DNA of 46,255 nt from Candidatus Saccharimonadota bacterium (GCA_022842995.1 JALHOM010000006.1:19459-65713), one strand, 5' to 3'. Counted from the first letter of the stretch, positions 29,364 to 38,162 are shown. Made by a program: numbers and translations. The notes: generated by a model from the letters alone, not told the origin.

Positions 29364-29373
29364 GAAATTACTT

Positions 29374-29802
29374 ATGGAAGCAAAAAAAGTACGTGCCAAT
29401 CTTAAAATGAAGATTCCGGCCGGAAAAGCAAGTGCTGCTCCACCAGTTGGTAGCACACTCGGTCAATACGGTGTTAATATGATGGATTTTATCCAGCCAT
29501 TTAACGACCAAACAAAAGAAATGCGCGGCACAGTAACTGCGCATATCACTATTTTTGACGACAGAACTATGGAGTTCCGTGTTGTGTCAGAGCCAACCGA
29601 CGACCTTATCCGAGCCAAACTCGGTATTCAAAAAGGTTCTGGTAAGCCAAACAGCGAAAAAGTCAGCAAGAAGCTGAGCCAAGCTGATCTAAATGCCATT
29701 GCAGAAGCCAAGGCAGCAGACATGAATGCCGATGACATAGAGGCTGTCAAGAAAATGGTAGCCGGAACAGCCCGCAGCATGGGCGTGGAAGTCGAAGGTT
29801 AA
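29374..29802 (+). CDS. rplK: 50S ribosomal protein L11
   Basis: IPAGKASAAPPVGSTLGQYGVNMMDF...GTARSMG. Confidence 0.96.
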   Translation: MEAKKVRANLKMKIPAGKASAAPPVGSTLGQYGVNMMDFIQPFNDQTKEMRGTVTAHITIFDDRTMEFRVVSEPTDDLIRAKLGIQKGSGKPNSEKVSKKLSQADLNAIAEAKAADMNADDIEAVKKMVAGTARSMGVEVEG

Positions 29803-29810
29803 TTCAAAAG

Positions 29811-30029
29811 ATGGGAAACCCGGAACGACCCGAAAAGATTATCGTTCCTGGGCTTGATGGAACTTTCTACGAAGTTGACCTGAAAAGACTTGCCGAACTA
29901 TATGGAACCGAAGCTCCATATGAGGAAAACACAGTGGAAATCGGCGATCCAATAGAGTTTGAACCGCCAGCAAAACGAAAGATAACTGAGGACCCGGTAC
30001 CTGAACCAGGCAGTAAATTTAACATTTAA
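29811..30029 (+). CDS. small acidic Pro-rich hypothetical protein
   Basis: 72-codon ORF filling the rplK-rplA gap, starting 8 nt after the rplK stop. Confidence 0.5.
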   Translation: MGNPERPEKIIVPGLDGTFYEVDLKRLAELYGTEAPYEENTVEIGDPIEFEPPAKRKITEDPVPEPGSKFNI

Positions 30030-30035
30030 TTAACA

Positions 30036-30110
30036 CGTGGGACCCGACTTCGCTAAAGCTACGACGGGCTTGCCCGATTCGCTCGAAGCCAAGAAGGGGT
30101 TTGAACCACG
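30036..30110 (+). promoter_or_regulatory. putative L1-binding autoregulatory leader with inserted hairpin
   Basis: CGTGGGA...GAACCACG closing stem resembles L1 mRNA sites. It lies directly before SD AAAGGA of rplA. Confidence 0.55.
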
Positions 30111-30122
30111 AAAGGATATAGA

Positions 30123-31145
30123 ATGAGCAAGGAAGCTATAGAGAAAAAAGACGAAAGTTTAAAGATTAAAGATGAAAGTCCAAAGTCTGAGGACGAAAGT
30201 ACTCAGACGAATAACGAAAGCCTAGAGATTAAAGAGGAAGCTCAAGTCACTGAAGCATCTTCGGAAGCTCACGATACAACAGAGGCCGAAACAAAAGAAG
30301 TAAAAGCTACTGCGAAGGCGGGCAAGAGAAGCGAAAAAGGCATCAAAGAAGCTGAAGAAAAGGTTGCCAAGATCGAGAAGCAAAAACATGCTGCTGAAGC
30401 AAAAGCCGAAGAAGCCGAGAAGCCAAAGCAACACCGCAACCCAACACGTTCACGACTGGATCGACGTGGTAAAAAGTTCAAAGAAGTTGCCAAACTCGTA
30501 GAAGTAGACAAACTCTACACCTTCAAAGAAGCTGTTGAGCTATCTCTCAAAACCTCTACAACCAAGTTTGACGCTACCGTCGAGCTCCACGTTAGACTGA
30601 ACGTTGATCCACGTCAAGCCGACCAAAACTTGCGAGACAACCTTGTTTTGCCAGCTGGTACCGGTAAGACCGTGAGAGTAGCCGTATTCGCCGACGAAGA
30701 CATTGCCAAAGATGCCAAGAAAGCTGGAGCCGACATTGCCGGTGCCGATGACTTTTTGAAGCAGCTAGACAAAGGCGAGATCAACTTTGATATTTTGATC
30801 GCAACTCCTAATGTTATGGCTAAGTTAAGTAAATACGCCCGTGTTCTGGGACCAAAAGGTCTCATGCCTAACCCAAAGAGTGGCACCGTAACAACCGATG
30901 TTGCGAAGGCCGTATCGTCAGCCAAAGCTGGTCGTGTCGAATACCGTGTCGATAGCACAGGTATCGTACACCTCGGCATCGGTAAGGTAAGTTTTGGAGC
31001 CGCTAAAATCAATCAAAACCTTGACGCAGTGATTGCCAGCATCAAGAACAACAAGCCGAGCAGCATTAAAGGTTCGTACGTCAAGTCTATCACCCTGAGC
31101 ACCTCGATGGGTCCAGGCATAAAAGTTAGCCCAAGCGAAATCTAA
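30123..31145 (+). CDS. rplA: 50S ribosomal protein L1 with ~110-aa charged N-terminal extension
   Basis: KFDATVELH, LPAGTGK, LGPKGLMPNPKSGTVT and STSMGPG. Confidence 0.96.
   Translation: MSKEAIEKKDESLKIKDESPKSEDESTQTNNESLEIKEEAQVTEASSEAHDTTEAETKEVKATAKAGKRSEKGIKEAEEKVAKIEKQKHAAEAKAEEAEKPKQHRNPTRSRLDRRGKKFKEVAKLVEVDKLYTFKEAVELSLKTSTTKFDATVELHVRLNVDPRQADQNLRDNLVLPAGTGKTVRVAVFADEDIAKDAKKAGADIAGADDFLKQLDKGEINFDILIATPNVMAKLSKYARVLGPKGLMPNPKSGTVTTDVAKAVSSAKAGRVEYRVDSTGIVHLGIGKVSFGAAKINQNLDAVIASIKNNKPSSIKGSYVKSITLSTSMGPGIKVSPSEI
30146..30236 (+). repeat. degenerate heptanucleotide tandem repeat inside rplA
   Basis: 13 units such as AAAAGAC GAAAGTT TAAAGAT TAAAGAT GAAAGTC CAAAGTC. The protein shows a 7-aa period. 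Confidence 0.65.
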
Positions 31146-31234
31146 GTATCAACCCACAAACATAGCTAGGGTACTCAAAACGTGCATCCTATTTTGTTGC
31201 ACGGAAAGCAAACAAGGTGTACATTTGGTTGATT

Positions 31235-31870
31235 ATGAGATTCAATTTACCCCCCCAATCAAACCCAGCCCGCATAAGCAGACCTGTAGTCTGGGCTGTA
31301 ATAATTTCAGCTTTAAGTCCTCATCAAGTTCTAGGGCAGGTTGTGGACAACTTCTGCAAACCAATCGCCCCTCAATCCGACATGCATACTTGGCCAATAT
31401 TCCAACAAGGGCATTATGAAGTAATCTGTCCGCCAGAAGATGTATATCGTATAGGATCACCCGCCGTACGAACGGTTACTATTCAAAAAACCGGCATAAC
31501 AACATCATTCGTAGAACCTTCCCGACCTACCGAAATATATTGCGGAGGTAGCGCCACCCCCTATGTAGAGCGGATAACTACTGTAACCTGCATGGAATTA
31601 AAGCGACAAGCGAGGGGCGCGAAGCCAAGACTAGCATATAGCTCGGTGAGGAGGGACACAATTTATAGGCCGCTTGACGGATGGAGTGCTCGACCATTCC
31701 CAATTGCAGACGGCAGCTTTGGTCCAAGAAAAAAATGTCACCCGATACCTGCTGAAAGAGAACGCTACCTTGCCCGGAGCGGGGAATACCGAATATTCAA
31801 GTTCTCAGGTTCTGAACCGCCAAAATACACAAATTCATTCATTACAAGAACGAGAGTAGTTTGGTGTTGA
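31235..31870 (+). CDS. secreted orphan protein (Cys-scaffold family)
   Basis: Promoter TTGCAC-N17-TACATT followed by ATG 31235. Signal-like RPVVWAVIISAL, NFCKP, KKCHP...ERYL..SG and terminal Cys. Confidence 0.62.
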   Translation: MRFNLPPQSNPARISRPVVWAVIISALSPHQVLGQVVDNFCKPIAPQSDMHTWPIFQQGHYEVICPPEDVYRIGSPAVRTVTIQKTGITTSFVEPSRPTEIYCGGSATPYVERITTVTCMELKRQARGAKPRLAYSSVRRDTIYRPLDGWSARPFPIADGSFGPRKKCHPIPAERERYLARSGEYRIFKFSGSEPPKYTNSFITRTRVVWC

Positions 31871-31971
31871 TAAATCCCAGCACATGATCGTTGTGTAATA
31901 GTCCGATATATTTGCCCCGTCAAGCACGAGTACTTTAGAATATACACAAGGAAAGTGAGGGAAAAGCAACT

Positions 31972-32685
31972 TTGGGTGTTTATAGTAATATTGACATCAG
32001 GAAAGCGATCAAGGACGGCCACATTGTTTGCGTCCCGTTTAATGATAAACACATCAGTCACGCCAGTCTCGACGTGACACTTGGCTACTACTATTACCGA
32101 ACCGGGCGGGCTCCACGAGGTTATATCTATAACCCATTTGATGAAGTTTCGGTCAAAAAGTATTTTGGTGAAGTCCAGCAAGCCGTTCCGCACCAAGACT
32201 GGTGTGCCGAAAACGGCGTTCGGTTGCTCGAAGGTATCCCGGCCGATCATCCTGTTATCCCCCTCAAACCGGGCGAGAGAATCTTGGCTCACACCCACGA
32301 ATTCTTTGGCATTAAACCGCCAGGGGCTTACGAGGTTAAATCGCGCTCCAGTTGGGGCAGAAACGGCATAGCCGTCTGTTTTGACGCCGGCTGGGTAGAT
32401 CCTGGCTACATAAATCGGCTAACGCTTGAGATCTACAACCTCAACGAACACGAAACGGTTCTTTTGCCCGTTGGCGAACGCATCGCTCAGGCTGTCTTTT
32501 TGGAAACAGGCGAAGTCGAAGGCAACTACGGTGAAGGGCGAGACGATGGTATGAGCGGGAAGTATCAGCTTGGCACAAACCTCGACGACTTAATCTCTAA
32601 CTGGACTCCAGCACAAATGTTGCCAAAGGCCTACAAGGACACTCGTAGCCTCCCAGAAACGATTAAAGGTTTAAAAGCACGATGA
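31972..32685 (+). CDS. dcd: dCTP deaminase
   Basis: ASLDVTLG, KSRSSWGRNG, DAGWVDPGY...LTLEI and GERIAQ. Confidence 0.9.
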   Translation: MGVYSNIDIRKAIKDGHIVCVPFNDKHISHASLDVTLGYYYYRTGRAPRGYIYNPFDEVSVKKYFGEVQQAVPHQDWCAENGVRLLEGIPADHPVIPLKPGERILAHTHEFFGIKPPGAYEVKSRSSWGRNGIAVCFDAGWVDPGYINRLTLEIYNLNEHETVLLPVGERIAQAVFLETGEVEGNYGEGRDDGMSGKYQLGTNLDDLISNWTPAQMLPKAYKDTRSLPETIKGLKAR

Positions 32686-35012
32686 GCCCGACTATTGACC
32701 CTTCTCGAAATGGATTATTCCTGGTAATCGACGGCGCCGATGGCTCTGGCAAAAGCACTCAATATCGTCAATTAGTAGATAGATTAACCACCCTCGGCTA
32801 CGACGTAGATCTGATCAAGTTTCCTCAATACGACGAAGAATCTAGCTATTTCGTCAGGCAGTACTTAAATGGCGAGTACGGCAAAGCAGATGATGTTGGC
32901 CCCTACACAGGTTCGATATTCTATGCTCTCGACCGCTACGCCGCTTCCAAGCGGATATCATCGGCACTGGCACAAGGAAAAGTCGTCATCGCTGATAGAT
33001 ACACCAGCTCAAACATGGCCCACCAGGGGTTGAAGTTTGATAGCGACGAAGAGCGAAATGGCTATTTTTTATGGCTCGAAGCAATCGAGTTCAAGATGCT
33101 TGAAATCCCCCGGCCTGATATGACAGTCGTACTAAGGGTACCTCCTGAAATTTCTCAAAAACTGATAGAAAACCGCGAACAAGCAAAAGATATTCACGAG
33201 CTCGACCCAGATCATGCTAAAAAAGCAGTTCATGTCTATGACACCTTGTGCAGGCTTTTCCCAGAAGACTTTAAACAGCTAGACTGCGTACGCGGCGGCG
33301 AACTCATGAGTATCGACGAAATCGGTGATCTTGTCTGGAACACGGTGGAGCCGATGTTGCCAACGCCAAAATCGTATTATCCTAATCAAAATTCATCAGG
33401 ACTGGCGTCAACTAACCCCCCATTAAATAACGTATTCTTGTCTGAAGAAAACGGGGTGCTGTCCATCACCGAAGCCGGCCGTCAAGAGCTCGCCAAATAC
33501 ATTACTAACACCACTGGTAGCGTCTACGCCTTTAATGACCAGCTCAGCGCCACAACTATCGCAGCCGCTATGGCGCGCCTAAGCCGGCGCGGTGATGATA
33601 TGCGCATCACTATCCTGGATGAATTTTTAGGCGAAGCTGGTAAAGACGATGACCTGTTAAAGCGAGTTATCACCGCTTACGGCGACGATTCCGTACAGCA
33701 ATTGACCGCCAAGCATGTCGTTGTCGAAGGCGCCAGTAACTTGCTAACCAAGAAATTGGAGTGGGGAAGACTGGCATCGTACCTCGAGCAGTCGACGCGC
33801 TACATCTATTTCGACCAAAAAGACAACGCCGGGAAGTATAAGTACTTTACTCCTGACTACTTACCATCTGAGCTGACAGACGAGTACAACCGACGGATGG
33901 ACTTCATTTTCGAGACCTACTCCGAGCTCGTTCATAAGCTGACAGATTATGTCCGAAAAGAGTCAAAAGTACCTCTCAAAGATCAAGATGGAGCCTGGAA
34001 ATCGGCCACCCGTGCGCAGGCCTGTGACGCTGCACGGCCAGTCTTGCCCGTGGCCACGAAGTCAACAGTCGGCATCTTTGCATCCGGCCAAGCCCTGGAA
34101 AGCTTGATAATGCATTTGCTCAGCGATGATCTACCAGAAGCCCGCCAAACAGGACAAGACTTGCTTCATGAATCACGGAAGATTCTGTCGACCTTCCTCG
34201 AAAGAGCAGACAAACCCGATAGAGGCGGCGCCTGGCAAGCCTACCGATCTGAAACAGCCAATAACGTCGCCGACCTTGCCAATCAGTATCTTCCACAAGC
34301 CTACACCGGCTTAAGCAGCCGAGCTCCAGTTACTTTGACTTCCTATTGGCCTAAAAATGAATTCGACATAATTCCCGATATCTTATACGAGCACAGTGAG
34401 CTCTCGAAACAGGAAATCAAGGATATAGTCGCCAACTTCCCGTACATGCAGAAACTTGAGATTCTGAATTCCTTCATCGGTAAACGCCTCAACCGTCGAC
34501 AACGTCCGTCACGTGCCTTTGAGCAAGTGCATTACTCTTGGGACATTTTGTGCGACTATGGCATCTTCAGAGACCTCCAAAGGCACCGCATGGTAGACGA
34601 CCTCGCCTGGCAGAAATTATCTCCGCGCTACGGCTATGAAACCCCTGAACTCGTGTCGCGAGCTGGCCTAGACGACTATTTTGAGGCCTGTTTTGACGAA
34701 AGTTTGAAGCTCTATAGCTCACTCCAAGCCGCCGGATACGAGCTTGAGGCACAGTACGCAACCTTGCTTGGGCACAAAATGCGCTGGAAAGTCACCTTTA
34801 ACGCCCGCGAAGCGTACCAGATGATCGAACTCAGAACTTCACCCCAAGGACACCCTGGCTACCGCAAATTAGCTCAAGAAATGTACGACAAAATCCACGA
34901 AGTTCACCCCATCATCGCTACCGGCATGAAGTTCGTCAACCAAGACGAAGACCCAGAGCTATCGCGCCTTGCAGCAGAACGCTACACCCAATTCAAACTC
35001 AACCAAAAATAG
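32682..35012 (+). CDS. thyX: thymidylate kinase fused to tandem-domain FAD-dependent thymidylate synthase
   Basis: N-terminal Tmk motifs DGADGSGKST, DRY and PRPD. C-terminal ThyX motifs YGDDSV, SYLEQSTRY, DLQRHR and ELRT..QGH. Confidence 0.9.
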   Translation: MSPTIDPSRNGLFLVIDGADGSGKSTQYRQLVDRLTTLGYDVDLIKFPQYDEESSYFVRQYLNGEYGKADDVGPYTGSIFYALDRYAASKRISSALAQGKVVIADRYTSSNMAHQGLKFDSDEERNGYFLWLEAIEFKMLEIPRPDMTVVLRVPPEISQKLIENREQAKDIHELDPDHAKKAVHVYDTLCRLFPEDFKQLDCVRGGELMSIDEIGDLVWNTVEPMLPTPKSYYPNQNSSGLASTNPPLNNVFLSEENGVLSITEAGRQELAKYITNTTGSVYAFNDQLSATTIAAAMARLSRRGDDMRITILDEFLGEAGKDDDLLKRVITAYGDDSVQQLTAKHVVVEGASNLLTKKLEWGRLASYLEQSTRYIYFDQKDNAGKYKYFTPDYLPSELTDEYNRRMDFIFETYSELVHKLTDYVRKESKVPLKDQDGAWKSATRAQACDAARPVLPVATKSTVGIFASGQALESLIMHLLSDDLPEARQTGQDLLHESRKILSTFLERADKPDRGGAWQAYRSETANNVADLANQYLPQAYTGLSSRAPVTLTSYWPKNEFDIIPDILYEHSELSKQEIKDIVANFPYMQKLEILNSFIGKRLNRRQRPSRAFEQVHYSWDILCDYGIFRDLQRHRMVDDLAWQKLSPRYGYETPELVSRAGLDDYFEACFDESLKLYSSLQAAGYELEAQYATLLGHKMRWKVTFNAREAYQMIELRTSPQGHPGYRKLAQEMYDKIHEVHPIIATGMKFVNQDEDPELSRLAAERYTQFKLNQK

Positions 35013-35047
35013 TTGTTTGAGATAAGATTTAATGTTGTAATAGTCTA

Positions 35048-36265
35048 ATGACTTCGACGCTCAGAGCTACAGATACCATCGAATTAACGGCCGAATTTTT
35101 ATCGGCTCGTTTAGACGGCGCCGAGCAGCTGACTATCGTATTATTTCCCGGACAAGGGCCTGATCCGCGCATTGTTCATGATGTCGATGATGTAGCGTCA
35201 CATGCCTTTGAAAAATGCGTTGGCATATCTCTCGCTCAGGCCAAGTCGTTGGACTCGGAAGATGCTTATCGTGGGCAAATTGCTCAACCACTCCATATTA
35301 TTCGTCTATATGCGATGGCACGTTCGTTGGATCAACTGCTGACTTCGCAAAATAAAAGCCCTCTATTTGAGCGTCCGGATAATGTAATAATACCGGCGTC
35401 ACTAACTGAATTCCTCCTCAATAGCCTCGTCAAAGCTTGGAAATTAGAGACATCCGTCGACGAGGCCCATAAACGAGGTCTCTTCTCCGATAATTTCGCC
35501 TTAGCGAATCCTGGCGTTTTTGGCATGGGTGCTACGTTTCTGCACGACATCCGAAAAAACGCAGGCCTAAAAACGCTCGTTCAAGGTCATGAGCCACCAG
35601 TACCTATTGTCGAGCGCATGAGAGATATTCTCGGCCCTGAAGACTATGATAATCGTCACCAATTATACTCAAATGTCTTTATCGGGTCACGTCCGTCACC
35701 TGGCATGGCAACCCTGACGGGGAGCAAGGATGAAATTCAAGAAATTGGCAATAAGTTGAGAGTACACAAAAGTCTCATCGGTTTTACATATCTGAATCGA
35801 ATCGATGGAGTCCCCTATCACTCACCCCAAAGCCAACCTATTCAAGATCAAATGAAACAAAATCCGCCAACTGAGAAGACAGGTGAGCCGGACCTTACCT
35901 GTGGGATTGTTATATCCCCGACAAGTCGACGACCTTTACTAACGAGCAATGATGTTAAGGATAACCGCCTGGATCTCATAGTATTGCCCGTTAACCAACT
36001 AGACATTTTACATTCGCTCCGCCTTGCCATAAGCTGTTCTTCATCAATCAAAAGAATTGTCGGACTAGAAATTGGCAATGTCGCTGATTACCCGTGGGGC
36101 AAACAACAGGGAGTGCAGACCGCCGCAATTCACGATTACTCTCGTTTTTTCCGATTTACGAACAAAAAAGGTCAATATGTTCCCATTTTTAGCTTGGCTT
36201 ACGACGGCTCACCCGAAGCACGCGGCTCGGTCGCCACTGCTGAATTTATAAATCAATTTCTGTAA
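35048..36265 (+). CDS. divergent FabD/acyltransferase-fold protein
   Basis: LFPGQG, QIAQP, PASLTE (for GHSLGE), Arg 25 residues after the Ser, and PYHSP. Confidence 0.65.
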   Translation: MTSTLRATDTIELTAEFLSARLDGAEQLTIVLFPGQGPDPRIVHDVDDVASHAFEKCVGISLAQAKSLDSEDAYRGQIAQPLHIIRLYAMARSLDQLLTSQNKSPLFERPDNVIIPASLTEFLLNSLVKAWKLETSVDEAHKRGLFSDNFALANPGVFGMGATFLHDIRKNAGLKTLVQGHEPPVPIVERMRDILGPEDYDNRHQLYSNVFIGSRPSPGMATLTGSKDEIQEIGNKLRVHKSLIGFTYLNRIDGVPYHSPQSQPIQDQMKQNPPTEKTGEPDLTCGIVISPTSRRPLLTSNDVKDNRLDLIVLPVNQLDILHSLRLAISCSSSIKRIVGLEIGNVADYPWGKQQGVQTAAIHDYSRFFRFTNKKGQYVPIFSLAYDGSPEARGSVATAEFINQFL

Positions 36266-36306
36266 TTGTAAATAACAAAGAAACACAGTATAATACTACC
36301 TAGTTT

Positions 36307-36415
36307 CCGAAGACAGTGACGTCGGGGCAACCCGCTTGAAAATGTCACCGAGGCACACAATCTGTTTTATAGAATTGTATGTATTTATCGTCTTTGGTTA
36401 CTAGCCAAAGATTTT
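36307..36415 (+). promoter_or_regulatory. L10 ribosomal-protein leader
   Basis: CCGAAGACAGTGAC...GTCACCGAGG matches the L10-leader pattern. A downstream hairpin TCTTTGG/CCAAAGA with T tract follows. Confidence 0.75.
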
Positions 36416-36471
36416 TTAATTTTAAGGGTCGATAATCTTTGGATACGTAACATAACGAGGAAATTATAGTT

Positions 36472-36993
36472 ATGGCACTAACTAAAGCAAAAAAACAAGA
36501 AGTAATTGACGAAGTTTCCGAACTTTTGAAGTCTTCTAAAATGACAGTCGTTGCCGAGTATCAAGGCACAAGCGTGAAGCAGCTCCAAGCTCTTCGTCGT
36601 TCAGCCAAAGAGAACGGTAGCGTCGTTAAAGTAGTTAAAAACCGACTTGTCGTCCAAGCCCTCAAAACCAGCGATCTTTACAAAGACGCCGATATGAGCA
36701 ACCTGACCAGTCAGCTTTTATACGCTTTTAACGCTGAAGATGAAGTAGCGCCTGCTCAAAAACTCGATGAATTCGCCAAAAAGAACCCAACGATCAAGTT
36801 CGTTGGCGCCTTTACAAATGAAGGCGTGTTCATCGGTGCCGACGAAGTCAAGGCTCTTGCCAAGCTTCCAAGCAAGCCTCAGCTTATCGCTGGTGTTATT
36901 AATACACTTCAATCACCTGTCAACAACGTAATGAGCGGCCTTAAGGGCAATCTACACGGTCTTCTAGACGCTGTAGCAGCCAAAGCCGCCTAA
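36472..36993 (+). CDS. rplJ: 50S ribosomal protein L10
   Basis: MALTKAKKQE, LQALRR, VVKNRL and LAKLPSKPQL. Confidence 0.95.
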   Translation: MALTKAKKQEVIDEVSELLKSSKMTVVAEYQGTSVKQLQALRRSAKENGSVVKVVKNRLVVQALKTSDLYKDADMSNLTSQLLYAFNAEDEVAPAQKLDEFAKKNPTIKFVGAFTNEGVFIGADEVKALAKLPSKPQLIAGVINTLQSPVNNVMSGLKGNLHGLLDAVAAKAA

Positions 36994-37022
36994 AGTAACC
37001 ACCATTGTAGAAAGGAACTATC

Positions 37023-37406
37023 ATGGCTACAGATTTGAAAAAATTTGCAGAACAGCTCGTTAACTTGAGCGTTCTTGAAGTAAACGAACTCAGCACTATT
37101 CTTAAAGACGAGTACGGTATCGAACCGGCCGCAGCTGCAGTTGCAGTAGCAGCCCCAGCAGCAGGTGGCGACGACGCTGGTGCCGCAGAAGCCAAGAGCG
37201 AATTCGACATCGTTCTTAAAGATGCTGGCGCACAAAAAGTTGCAGTCATCAAAGCCGTTAAAGACATCACCGGCCTCGGCCTTGGTGAAGCTAAAGCTCT
37301 CGTTGACGGCGCTCCTGGCACCATCAAAGAGAAGGTCGCAAAAGACGACGCCGAAGCCGCTAAAAAAGCTTTGGAAGAAGCTGGCGCTACTGTCGAACTT
37401 GCTTAA
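37023..37406 (+). CDS. rplL: 50S ribosomal protein L7/L12
   Basis: Ala-rich hinge, [24 protein letters not shown] and [10 protein letters not shown]. Confidence 0.97.
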   Translation: MATDLKKFAEQLVNLSVLEVNELSTILKDEYGIEPAAAAVAVAAPAAGGDDAGAAEAKSEFDIVLKDAGAQKVAVIKAVKDITGLGLGEAKALVDGAPGTIKEKVAKDDAEAAKKALEEAGATVELA

Positions 37407-37426
37407 TTTCGACACCGCCAACAGTT

Positions 37427-37461
37427 ACGGACGGAACATTTATAGTGTTCCGTCCGTTTTT
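37427..37461 (+). terminator. intrinsic terminator after rplL
   Basis: ACGGACGGAACA/TGTTCCGTCCGT followed by a T tract. Confidence 0.85.
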
Positions 37462-37585
37462 ATTGTCACTATATATAGGGTTTTCCACAGCTTTTTATTT
37501 ACTTAATTGATTAAGCGTGATACGCTTGCTCATGAAAGTGTGAAGTAAAACGGGAAAAAAGAGACAACAATCTTTTAAACTAAAC

Positions 37586-38095
37586 ATGGCTGACGTACCA
37601 GACAAACAAATAAAAAGACTTAGGGCACTCATTGTTGAAGCCGAGACTTCATTGGCAGCCGCCAAGGAGCTCCTTTTAAGTCTCCTCGGTGATGACCCTT
37701 CAGCTACTGTCAGTGCCAAAGAAGAAGGCATCGGCAAAGTTATAGAAGGCGTCTTTGACGGCCAGAACATGGTCGGTAGCGACAGCAAGACCTATCCCGT
37801 ACCTGCAAACTACGCCTCTAAGTCCAAGCTCGTTCAAGGCGACATCTTGAAACTAAGCATTGCAGAAGACGGAACCTTCCTGTACAAGCAGATCGGTCCA
37901 ATTCCTCGAAAGCAGATCGTCGGCTCTCTCGAACTCGTCGACGGACACTACTACGTCCATGTCGGAGAGAAGCAATACCGCGTACTTCTGGCAAGTGTTA
38001 CCTACTTTAAGGCGAAGCCAGGCGACCAAGTAAGCGTCAATATACCTCAAGATGAAGTAGATGCCGAATGGGCAGCCCTCGAAGCAGCGCTTTAA
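37586..38095 (+). CDS. conserved hypothetical protein (CPR-type, found after rplL)
   Basis: IEGVFDGQNM...YPVPANYASKSKLV.GD.LKL motif, recalled from CPR genomes but not verified. Confidence 0.7.
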   Translation: MADVPDKQIKRLRALIVEAETSLAAAKELLLSLLGDDPSATVSAKEEGIGKVIEGVFDGQNMVGSDSKTYPVPANYASKSKLVQGDILKLSIAEDGTFLYKQIGPIPRKQIVGSLELVDGHYYVHVGEKQYRVLLASVTYFKAKPGDQVSVNIPQDEVDAEWAALEAAL

Positions 38096-38118
38096 TCGAA
38101 TAACGCAAATTATAGAGT

Positions 38119-38155
38119 CAACACACTCTCGTCAAAAGAGTGTGTTGTTTGTTTT
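38119..38155 (+). terminator. intrinsic terminator
   Basis: CAACACACTCT/AGAGTGTGTTG followed by TTTGTTTT. Confidence 0.75.
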
Positions 38156-38162
38156 GCTGCTT

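Noticed and set aside
36941-37506. Long antisense and alternative-frame ORFs over rplL (also over rplA, nusG, dnaX and ileS)
   Set aside because: These are expected by-products of codon bias in conserved genes and have no independent signals.
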